DNA of 64,000 nucleotides from Antedon mediterranea. Lineage: Eukaryota; Animalia; Echinodermata. The stretch is taken from positions 2,547,788 to 2,611,787 of the forward strand of contig NC_092676.1 of the NCBI RefSeq assembly GCF_964355755.1, read 5' to 3'. Of this stretch, positions 29,501 to 41,500 are shown piece after piece; position 1 is the first letter of the stretch, and every line of letters starts with the position of its first letter. The notes beneath the pieces were generated by a model. That model was not told the origin of the DNA. It did no database searches and saw only the letters and a program-made list of their open reading frames with translations. The position numbers and the translations under genes are program-made.

Positions 29501-32500
29501 TCATTTAGGCATGCTACAATAATGTTCTATGTCTGCGTCACTTAACATGTAATCGTCTTTCTCTCTTCCTTTACCACCTCTCACGTGTTGTATGTGCGTG
29601 CTCATCTTTTTGCGTGTTCTTTGCGTGCTTCTCTATCTAGGCACGTGCAATCAGCAGCCACCTGGGACGGGAAATACGATTTCACGCTGAGCGATTTCTC
29701 AAAAGTCGGGCCGTGGCTTCGTAGATTGGAACTAAAACAGTAGGTTTAGTCAGGCATGTGTTTTCTTCAGCACATACGTTTTAAATATTATATCTGCATT
29801 GCTTTATATGCACTCATGTTATTGTTACTGTATAGCGTTTTTTAATTGCCATGTTGATTTCTTTATTTATTAGTGAGATTGTTATGTTTGAGTGCATGAT
29901 CACACTTGTTATTTAAAATATACTGTACTAGACTTTTTAGATGATAAAATTATGCTCTAGTTAGTAACAATTTACTAAAATAATAATGATTATAATAACA
30001 ACCTACATTGTCATCATTCCTCATCTTTATTATCATCATCATTATCATCTTATTATTATCATCATCATCGTTATCATCATCACTATCGTTATCAGCATCA
30101 TCATTGTCATCATTGTCATCATCATTATTATCATCATTATTATCGTCATTATTATCATCATTGTCATGATCATTATTATCATCATTGTCATCATCATTAT
30201 TATAATTATTATACAAAGATAATCATAATATCATAAACAGTACATACAAAATATTAATATTATGTATTCTTTATCAATAAGTATTTTTATTCAAAATTTA
30301 TAATTAATTTATAATAATTTTACAATATGCAAGAAAAAATTGAAAAGAGCATTGTTAAGCTTTTGTATTTCTGGTCTTATATAATATTTAATAATAATTA
30401 TTTAATAATGCTTGTTAGAATAAAAATCAAAAGGTATAATATGCGTTTGAAAAAGATCAAATATCGCTCTAGCCAACTATATATTGTTTAAATAGCGTTA
30501 TAAATATTACCAGATATTATACCGACGACAGTTGAAATATTTATACCGTGAACGTGAACGATTCCTTCATCCTCGTTTATTGATCTCTAATCAGTCCTAC
30601 GCAAGATTCCAGAAATCCAGGCCAGTGTTAATTTCTAGAATTTTAACTGGTCTGATTTTTTGATTTTTTTTAATGAATTTTCAAAAACACTTAATATATT
30701 ATGATATATATTATATTATGTTTGTCCTGGTATTAATTAGATATGAGGTACTAGTTTTTTTAATATCATTTTCAAATTTAGAAGATTTATATTTCATTAA
30801 AAAAAAAGATTTTCAAGTTGTCCAGAAATGTTAAATTACATTTAGAGGTGGTCAAACAATATTCAGATGCTAGTAGTATTATTATTATTAATCATTATTT
30901 ATAAAGTGCTTTTCCAGAAGATCAAAGCGCCGTACAGAGAGATTATTTAAAAAAATAAAATAAAAAGTTAGATGTGTTAATGTGGGACTGTTTGCTAGTG
31001 GGATGCGGTGGGAAATCGGGTCATATGATGATTGCAATGCCACCTCTAATACGTAATACTGTATTAAAACAACTAAACTAACTACGCTTTGAGTTCTTGC
31101 GCTGTGTTGACAGCGTCAGGAATTGCCACCTGTTATAACACAAAGCCTAAAAGCCTAACTAAAATGAAATAGCTTTAAAATTAACTAATCAATATTCAAA
31201 TTTATTCGTACTATATTTTATATATAAAATGTATTGGCTTAACGGATGAGTAATAATTTGCATGTTAATGTGTATTTGGGTTTTATTATTCAAATTTTGT
31301 TGGATTTCCTACATTTTCCCCGCTCCTTGTGTGTATATCCTTGATCAGTCATCACATGTGTCTATATCTATTCACATCATCTTCATACATTATCCCAATT
31401 TCTGTGATTTATTTACTTGATTCTCGGGCCTGTATCTCATATATGACAATATTTGCCCAGTATCATAGGAAAATTCCATAATACAGCATCTCATGTATGT
31501 CACATGTTGTACCTGTATCATATAAAGTTAGTTTAAGGGTTAGTTTATGATAATAGGTGATTTATGTCAAACATATGTGATACTATATTATGGAATTTGT
31601 CATGATACTGTAGAAATCTAGATACAGTACCGAAAAACATGTGTTTTTATTACCTATACTTTTCCTTAATTTATTTAATTTTCAGACTCCTGTTTTAGTT
31701 TCAGTTCATTTGTTTTTATAACTTTCATCAAATGTTATTATATATTATTATTTTTCACTTTTTAACTGTTTACATTTTCACTTTATAAGTTAGAGTTGAC
31801 TATTTTATATATATATTCTTCACTTTGTATGTGTTTTATGTTGTTTCTTTACTCTTTGTTTTAAAGGCCAGGTGCGGGCAAAAAATTTCTATTGATCATA
31901 CATTCCAATAATTATCGATCTATATTTTCCCCTATGTTTCATAATTTTTGGGATTTTATTTGTGTTACACGAGCTTGTTGAAAATAAGCACTTTCTTATC
32001 AGTGGGGGGATAGTTCAAATTACACAGTAAAATCTCTATTCTTTTGTACACAAATTTTGTAAATAGAGAGGCATTTTAAAAAGCTATGAAAAATTAACGG
32101 TGTCATAAAAAATGTTCAGATGACTAAATATAGGTAATATAACTTGAATTTTACATTTCTGGTATTTTTATTCAACTTCAGATTTTTATTTTCATGCTAT
32201 AGCAAAAATTATCCACCGTATATCCACCATCTTTTTTCACCTTCTAGGGAGTCACTAGACATGTTATTACATTAGGTTAAACTACCTAAAAAAAGCCTTT
32301 CTGGTTTTTATGGCAGAATTTTGCAAAATTTTGTATTTGACCATATTAAGGGAAATTCATGTTTTTCCGTCTTGATTTCTGTTACAAATATTTGATTTAT
32401 GTACAATTAACCAGATATTATATTTACAATTCATGCCTGTACCTGAGCTTTAAATTCAATTTAAAAAGTATTATAATATTTATTATAAATACTTGATAAC

Positions 32501-35500
32501 TTCTTCAAACACCAATTAGGTAACTACTACTTTAGATCACTTTAATCATGGTGGTATAACCATGCTTCAATCTTTAAAAAATATTACAGCGAAATGGATA
32601 TGAACTCAACCTAATAGCGCAACTAATTTTGTTCTCCATGCAAGTATAGCTTAATTTTGGATCTTACAGTACTAGACATGCAATGAAAAGTTGTAGATGC
32701 AATACAGGCAAGTTGACCAATGACAAGCGACAGTTCTAATAATCCATCGCTTGTGATTGGTCAAATCACTTGCGTTGCATTACATCTTTGTGGGAACCAA
32801 TCATTAATAAGCCTTACCCCTTTAATTTGACCCATTTTTTTTTCGTTTTGGTAATAATATATGTATTTGCTTTTTCAGAGATATTGATATGCCGTTTGCA
32901 AAGTGGGACACGGATCAGGTCGCGGCCTGGCTCCATGAACTTGGTTTATCCCAGTATGTTTCCATGTGTCGAGTGTCTGTCAAGAATGGTGCTACCCTCC
33001 TAGAAGCTTCACCTCAAACATTATACAGCGTGAGTTATCCTATCAAAAGGACATCTTTAACTTATAGTTTGATATATTGTAATATAGTTTTTACTTATTT
33101 GAAATACACCTATCAACTGTAAAGCCTTGTCTACACTATCAAACTAGTTTGACAAAAATATGGTAATGATATGACATCATCATGTCAATATGGGCACATC
33201 ACACTTTTTTCGTCAAACTAGTTTGATCGTGTAGACAGAGCTTTAAACAAAATGTCCTTATTCACATAAATCCCTCAACTCTTGATGAAAATTATCACAT
33301 CAGGTTTGCATTGCCAATAATCAAATAAACTGGTTGAAATTTAATTTCATACAATTTTGTGAAACGGTTCTTTTTTTTCAAATCGTAAAAAATGTTAAAT
33401 CATTTCTTTGTGTTGTGACTAATGCGTTAAATGTCCACACTTATGTCATCAACTAAATCAATAAAATCATAGTAAATTAATAATAACCGTAACTTTCCAT
33501 TTCTAATCCGAGTAAATGGACAAATTTATCTCATTGCATTAAGTGATAAGGTACAGTGATTGATGTGTATTTTATTTATTTGATCTTTCTTAAATATAAT
33601 CTCATAAACTAAAAATTCAAAATGAGTACCATTTAATTTAAAAATCATTCACTCAAAACCTGCCTTCTTGATTTTGCTTTACCTCCATTTGCATTTTGAA
33701 TAAAATATTTCAAACTAATTATTTTGTGTTTAAACATATTGTTTTAAGATTCCTATAGACAGAGCACAATGTTCCAATAGGTGGAAATTAGACAAAAGGT
33801 GTTACATAACACAGACAGACATGCAGAACAATATTATCATCTGCAATCATTTATTTATTTTAAATATAAATGTACTAATTTTGCTCCATTCTTTTGTTAC
33901 TATTTTTCAGGAACTCGGTGTAAAAAACCCTCTTCATCGTAAGAAACTCCTGTTAGCGCTTCAGGCAATCAGCAAAAACGAGAAAGACAAAATGGGTGAA
34001 TTGGACTACACATGGGTGACGAGGTGGCTTGACGATATAGGACTTCCACAGTACAAAGACTCCTTCCACGAAGCCAGAGTAGATGGCAGAATGCTCAATT
34101 TCCTTACAGTGGTAGGTAGTTGGGGGCTTAAATCCCATAATGGAGTTTTCCTCTATACAATCGGCACAGGTTCAAGTCACTCCTCGATCATTATTCTGGT
34201 GGTAGAAAAAGTCTTCTCGGATAATGTCTTAAGAAGGTCCAGTGTACACATCTGGCTTGTGTACACTTTAAAGAACCCAGTCCAGCTTTCGGAATAGTAG
34301 GAGGTTACCCAGGTCCATTCAGCCCCTGTCGTTGTGGACAGACGAACGGGTGCCGCTTGGTGGCAGCACTCGACATGAAGGGACCCTTAGGGGAGTAGAA
34401 AGTTGTGGTATGTGTCGTCCACACCTGTGCGCAATTAAGCCCAGTATGTTGGTTATACCCCCATTACATCAACAAAGAAAAGGAATATAGTGGATAAAAA
34501 TTTATCTCAACATAGAATTTTCTGTAAGAGGAAACATACCACATAAACAGCAAAGCAACGATGTAGGTTTATATACAGTAAAACGTGTCCTACTTCTGTT
34601 AGCCATAAAAGAACTATTATACTACGCATCAAACTGGTATCCAGTGACTAATCATGTATCTTCTGACAATTCTTGGTGTGATTCAAGATAAAACTTTAGT
34701 TTGTGTCATAAAATACAAGAATTGAGACGTGAGAGTTGAAACTGTGGCACAGACAAACAAAAAATAAGTTTTGATAGATATTTTCAATTTGTTTTTGATA
34801 CAACATGCTTAATATCTAATAATAATATTGAATTAAGCTCTGTCTAATGTGTCAAACTAGTTTGACAAAAAAAGTGTAAGGTAGCCAAATATGGTAGTGA
34901 TATGCCCAAATACAGAAGTGATATGACATCATTGTGTCCATATATGGGCACATCACATTTTTTTGTCACATACAGTTTGATAGTGTGGACAGAGCTTTAT
35001 AATAACATTGAATTAGAATGTGCGTACTTGTTGACGAAGAAGTGCTCAAGGCGCTTAAAACAAAAACAAATTTAAAATTGTCAACCATTCGTCTTCAGTA
35101 CATCTCGATCTCACATCCTACCTCCAAATATTAACAAGAAAAATGTCCCAACAAACAAACCTTAAAGTATGTTTTAAATGTTTTTTCCTTAAAAGTAAAA
35201 AACAAAAACATAATTAAGCAAGACATACTTTGTATAGACGTCATACCTTTGTATGAACCTAGTTTAAGAAAATGTAATTTACACAATGTCTTTCTATGAC
35301 GCGCATTCAGGCTAGAAAAGCGTCACACATCTCGGCAAAAAGCAAAAACCATTTATAAGCTTAGGTATGCTTCTTTTTAAATCCAAATGATTATCTGTTT
35401 TCTCACCTTGCCTGAAAAAAATCTATTTTTTTTGTAATAATTTGAATACATAGAAAAATTATAATTATCCTTAAAATCACTTGTTAAATTTCTCAAAACC

Positions 35501-38500
35501 AATTCAATGATTTTCCTCGTCAATCTCAGTTAATTATGTTTTTGTTGAAATACGTTTAAAGGGAAAAAAGAAAGTACAACACAATCAATTTATGTAAGTG
35601 GCAATTTTCCCAGTTTATACAAAAGTACAACAGGACTTGAGGTCAAGGGTCGTTTTAAATAAGGTCAACTTGTATTACATGAGGTCGGAGGATCATGGTA
35701 AACAGTCAAATCTTGTGACTTTTGGTTTATAAACTTCAAGAAAATACTGAATTTTAATTGTGCTCTGATTATGAAATTATCTGTTTTGGTGATCTTGTTC
35801 TACTTCATTCTGCGCATTTTTAACAAATATTGTTTTAAATTTGTTAATAATTATTATTCTGTAACACTAACACACTTTCTTCTAAAACGTAAACAAAATG
35901 TAATTCTCCGAACTCTACTTAAAGTTGTTTTTTACCTTGAAATTCATAATTAAGATTTGAATTTACCAAAATTATAAATTTAAATTGTCTTTCCATGAAA
36001 TCTAAATTGAAATGCATTGTTAATTAATAGCGTTATGTACTTTTTTTTAAGGATGATCTGTTATCATTGAAAGTAACAAGCGCCTTACACCACATCAGTA
36101 TCATGCGTGGTATACAATGTCTAAGACTCAATCATTTTAATCCTAATTGTCTCCGGCGGAGACCCACTGACGAGGTAAATATGCGTATTTTATTATTTTA
36201 TATTTAGATTTTCATTAAAATGTTCAAGGTAAGATGTAATATGATGTCAGCGTCTTGTTTATTTTTAACGATGTTAAATGGCTAACTAATTATAATTGTG
36301 TTTTGTTTTCATTTAGCCTTATTTATATTCATCCCTTCATTCGTTACACGTATACATAATCATTTTTAAAATCAATTCCTGTATCATATAACTACTACCC
36401 CTAAAACAAATAAATCTAGTACTAATCACAAAATTATTAATTGTTAATAGTTATTTAAAGATGTATTGTCTCCCAAAAACATGAATTAAGATTATTAAAA
36501 TCATACTTTGAATAGGCCATTTTGTATTTATGATAAATTTTTTCACTTTAGAAAAAAAAAAAAAAAACTCATTGTCTGACATCACCATGTTTGAAGTGTT
36601 TGAAAATGTTAGTGTGAGAAATCATACCAATCAGTGATGCTTGATTTTACTATATATAGTTGACTAACCAATCGCCTGATCATATTCCTATCTACCAATT
36701 TTTCTAACAGTTTGTTATAATATATGTAGTTGTTAGTTCTAGTATTTTATTGTTTTTTTATACAGAATGATAAATATATATTTTATACATTAATCTTATT
36801 TAAAGCTTCCGTTTGGTTTTAATTGGTTATTTGTTTTTTTAAATAAAAAAAAAGAATATTTTTTGTTTTCTATTAACATATATAATTTACTTTAAATGTA
36901 GGTGTGGCCTATTATGATGGAGGTAGGTTTAAAGGAAGTTGATTGGTTGATTGGTTGCACATCAATGACTTTAACGCTGCACGGGGACAAATGATTGGTT
37001 GAAATGTTGCCAATGCCATTTTCATTTTTAAACTTTTATTTCTGTTGCAGGCATGATCATTTTTTTTAATGCAGCGCATAAAATAATTGTTTTATCTTTT
37101 TTTTTTTTTATCATAAAATGTTAAGGTTTTTTTCATTTTGGCGCAGATTTTTTATTTGTTCTTGTAAACATTTTGATATGAATTACAACTTTCATGAAAG
37201 GACAGAAACTTGGAAATATACTTACACTTTTCACTAATTTAAAATGGGTGATGTTATAGTTATTACCATCTTTTCAATACATAACCAATCACATTATTTA
37301 AGAACTAATGATTTACACATTTTATGTTTTAAATCAACAAATTTTGATTTTTTTTAAATTTATTTTAATAACATAAGATGATCAACATCAAGGAATTGTT
37401 ATGGGTACAAATTACACATTAATTTTAGTTTGGTGACTTGCTTGTAACTTTTAACCAATCACATCTCTAACAATATCAAGGATTTATTAACCAATCACTG
37501 AATGCTTACAGCTGACCAATCAGAGGTGTCAGATAATGTTGGCCAATCATATAACAGCATGATTTTCACAGCCAAGATTTGATCATTATGCAATGTTGAC
37601 TAAAAACTAATTGTATTTAATTTAGGATCTTCTTTTGCTGGTAATGAAATAAGTTTACTACACATTTTGTTAAAACGTTTAAGAACAATTTTAAGATGTT
37701 AACAGTTGCAATACAAAGATATAAAATATGTTTTTTTTTAAATTTAGATTTCATAAAAATTAGTATTAGAAATTATGATGTAATTTAGTTATTATCTGAT
37801 CTATTAAAGATGTATTTTTTATGTTAGATTTTCTACATAGGATTAGAAACTTAGTAGTATGAAATACCAGGGGCCGGATTTATCTACCAAGACAATTTTT
37901 CTGCTAAAACTGTTTTATAAATAAGTTATTTGCTTAAATATATCAGCTGAAGACAAAATATAAGCAGCTATTGATAAATGCCACCCCAGTATTATACTGA
38001 CTGCAGTTGCATTTTTCACCCACAGACAAAGCAGGAAAAAATCTCCAGTGTACCAACTTGGAGTTCGCAACTGGTAAACAATAAAACTCCATGATTCATA
38101 AATACTCCATACTACCTGCTTTCATTGTTAAATAAGCTCCATGGTTTCTTCGTTTCATAGCCTTAAAACTGTTTTCAACATGGGTGCAAGAACATTCCCA
38201 AAGAAAAATCATGTTTCTTATCCTTGTCTACACTATCAAACTTTTTGTGACAAAATGTGCCCATATATGGATAGAATGATGTAATATCACTACCAAATTT
38301 GAGCACATCACTACCATATTTAAGCACATCACACTTTTATCAGTTTGATAGTGTAGACAAAGCTTAATAGAACAGCGTACAGCCCCACTCAGTGTTACTT
38401 CATCACTATGACGATAAGCAATATTGCACCTATATTGAAAACATATAAGTTATTGGTTAGAAGAAATCATAAACAGGCTTATAGCATGAATGGTACAATA

Positions 38501-41500
38501 GATTATATATTCTTCCATTGCATGTTGGGTTGATGGTTCTTTTTGTGATTAGCTTTCATGACTTTTTTAGACTCTTTAGAAGCGTGGTGAATTCATTTCC
38601 GATTTTTTTCTCTTATCCAGTAAGATTGGAGTTTTTCCACTGTAATTGACAAAATTGAGCTAAAACGTTATCATTTTCTTCCGTCAAGTTATTTCCAAAA
38701 GTATGTCTTACATCGTCTCTCGTTTCATCCCTCCACTCACTTACTTATTTTTTCCACTTATTTTTTTCACTTATTTTTTTCCCTCACTCTTTGTCAAATA
38801 TCTGAACTATTTATATCTTCGCTTCAAATTTTAATTAAATTACCATTTTACAAATTAATATCTAAAGAATAATGAATATTTTAAATTATATTGTATAATT
38901 TTCAATTCCATTTAGTCTGATGAGTGGAGCAATTATATTTATTATCTTTCGTAATAAGTACATAATTTATTGGAGACATAAAATACAATTTGCCTTTTGG
39001 CATTTCTGCGACAGGCTAAGCATGATGAGCTATCTAAAGACAAAAGATATTAGTGATGTGTTGAAGTTTTTCTAAAATAGGATGCCTGTGGCAACCTCAA
39101 ACGACGTTTGTCATATGCATATTGAAAACCGTATTTTCCTTTTTTTAAATGTTCTACCTTTTCTTGTCCAGGGAAGACAGAAATGGTGATGCACATGCAT
39201 GCTTAATACAGGTGTTTATTTAGATTTTACATACATATTAGCATCATGCAGTTAGATATGCAAATAAGGTATTTTATGCTAATTATCAAAATATACATAA
39301 AGGTTTTATACACATATGTAAATTAGACTTTACATACATATTAACATCATGCAGTTAGATATGCAAATGAAGTATTTTATGCTAATTATCATAATATACA
39401 TACAGGTGTTTATTCACATTCAAATTAGATTTTACATACATATTAGCATCTTGCAGTTAGATATGCAAATGAGGTATTTATGCTAATTATCTTAATATGC
39501 ATACAAGTGTTTATTCACATATTCAAATTAAATTTTACATACAAATTAGCATCTTGCAGTTAAATATGCAAATGAGGTCTATATTTAGACTAGCATACAT
39601 AACAGGTAAATAAGAATGTTTTAGGGGATAGTAAGTTGTTACAATATGCAAATTAAGTTTGGAATTTTAATTAAGCTTTATATGAAGGGTTCTATAAGGC
39701 AAGTGTTGCATGTTTTATGGCATTCAAGGTGTGTCATTTGCTATCTTTACAATCTATACAGTATTACATTTTAGCTTTAGTTAGGTAGAGTAGTGTATAG
39801 TAGAAGCCCTTTTAAGGAAACTCTTTCAAGTCCCAAGAAAGACTCCCCTGAATTGGTCCCCTTGTTTCATAACAAAGTGTCTCCTTGATAGATGTAAATC
39901 AGAGGATGGGTTTCTTCTTTCCGATTCTTCTATTCCTGGTTATTAAACCATACTTTTCTACACTTTAGTGTCTTATCAAAGTAGACTACATATACTTGAT
40001 TAATTAATTAATTTGCAAACGTGTCCGATTATAATTTTTTTACCAAAAGGAAAGAAAGTTGTTATTATATTCATTCTTTAATTTACATTTTTTGGCCTTA
40101 AAACGTAAAAATGCGTGTTAAAGTTCATTCCTTCCACAAATGTGATTGTTTTCTACATGTTACTCAATGCATGCACTTTTTCTTTTCTTTTTCTTGCATT
40201 GTGGCATTTTACTATATGTTACATTTGTCAATTGTAAACATTGATACAAATATAAAGGGAACCAGACAAATTGATCTAGGGGAAAGATTTTCTAATATTC
40301 AAATAATTATAAACTTTAATTAATTGTAATAATTGTTTTTCTTTTCTGATTATTTGAATGAATGAATTATCTGTTTTTAAAAAAAACCACACAAAGATGT
40401 TTTATAATTTTTATTAATATCTTAAGAAAAACAACTTTATGGATAGTGTTGACAAAGTATTTTTACTTGAATATTTCAGCCATATGAAAGTGGAGCAGAG
40501 GTCATGTTATGGTCAAATCATCGAGTCATGGAATGGCTGAGGTCGGTAGATTTGGCGGAGTATGCCCCCAACTTACGAGGCAGTGGGGTTCATGGTGCTT
40601 TAATGGTAATGTTGCAGATATTGCATTTAGTTTACTTAATTTTATCAAAAGATGTGTGTGGAACCTAATGATACAAGCTTGGTGGTATTGCGGTATGATG
40701 GAAGAGTCTTACCAAATAACCACTAGCCAAGTGAAGATAATCTCAATAGTGTAGTAAAAAGAGGGTGTGGATTGATGCCTCTTTAAAAAAAAAAAACAAA
40801 AAACCTCTAGCAAACCCGGGAGTTTACACTCTCAGACTGTCAACAGCAGACACCATTGCACTTTCCCAAACGAGTGGCTGTATTTACCATTCACACTTAA
40901 GGGAAACACTTACTCTAAAAACTAAAAAAATCTCCTATCTTAGTAAATACAATTTAAGAGAAATACTAAAATATGTATTGAGTTAAGTGAAATACTTAAT
41001 ATTCAAGGGAAATATTTCACTTAAGTGTGAATGGTGAATACGGCCACAGACCACACTATACTTTTTCCCAAACCAGACCCCATTGTACTTGCCTGATTTT
41101 CACGGAGTTTGGCTTTGTGAGAGTAAACTGTATAAACTAAAACACCAATCGTAACATTTTTTTCAGGTATTGGAGCCACGTTTCTTGGCGGACACATTAG
41201 CAGCGTTGCTTTGTATTCCTCCTACCAAGACTCTATTACGTCGTCATCTCAATACGCACTTTGTTTCATTGGTCACGTCAGAGTGTCAAGCCGAGAAACG
41301 AGAAATTGAAAGGTTACCTACATTTGTGCCGTTAAATTCACTTGCCAAAATTAAGGTACGCACATTTCTTGTTTTTTATACATGATTAAAATCTGAGCAC
41401 TCAAATTTAAAAACTTTAAAGGTGTGATGTGCCCAAATATGGTAGTGATATGTTTAAATATAGTAGTGATATGACATCATCATGTCCATATATGGGCACA

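Noticed and set aside
29265-30222. Repetitive ORFs (LHLANYIPQ repeats, poly-D/N, poly-I)
   Set aside because: Translations of mini- and microsatellites.
34112-34297. C-terminal extension of the 158-aa ORF
   Set aside because: Intron read-through into a SINE; liprin homology stops at the donor at 34112.
40509-40754. 81-aa ORF MVKSSSHG...
   Set aside because: Wrong frame over the real SAM3 exon.
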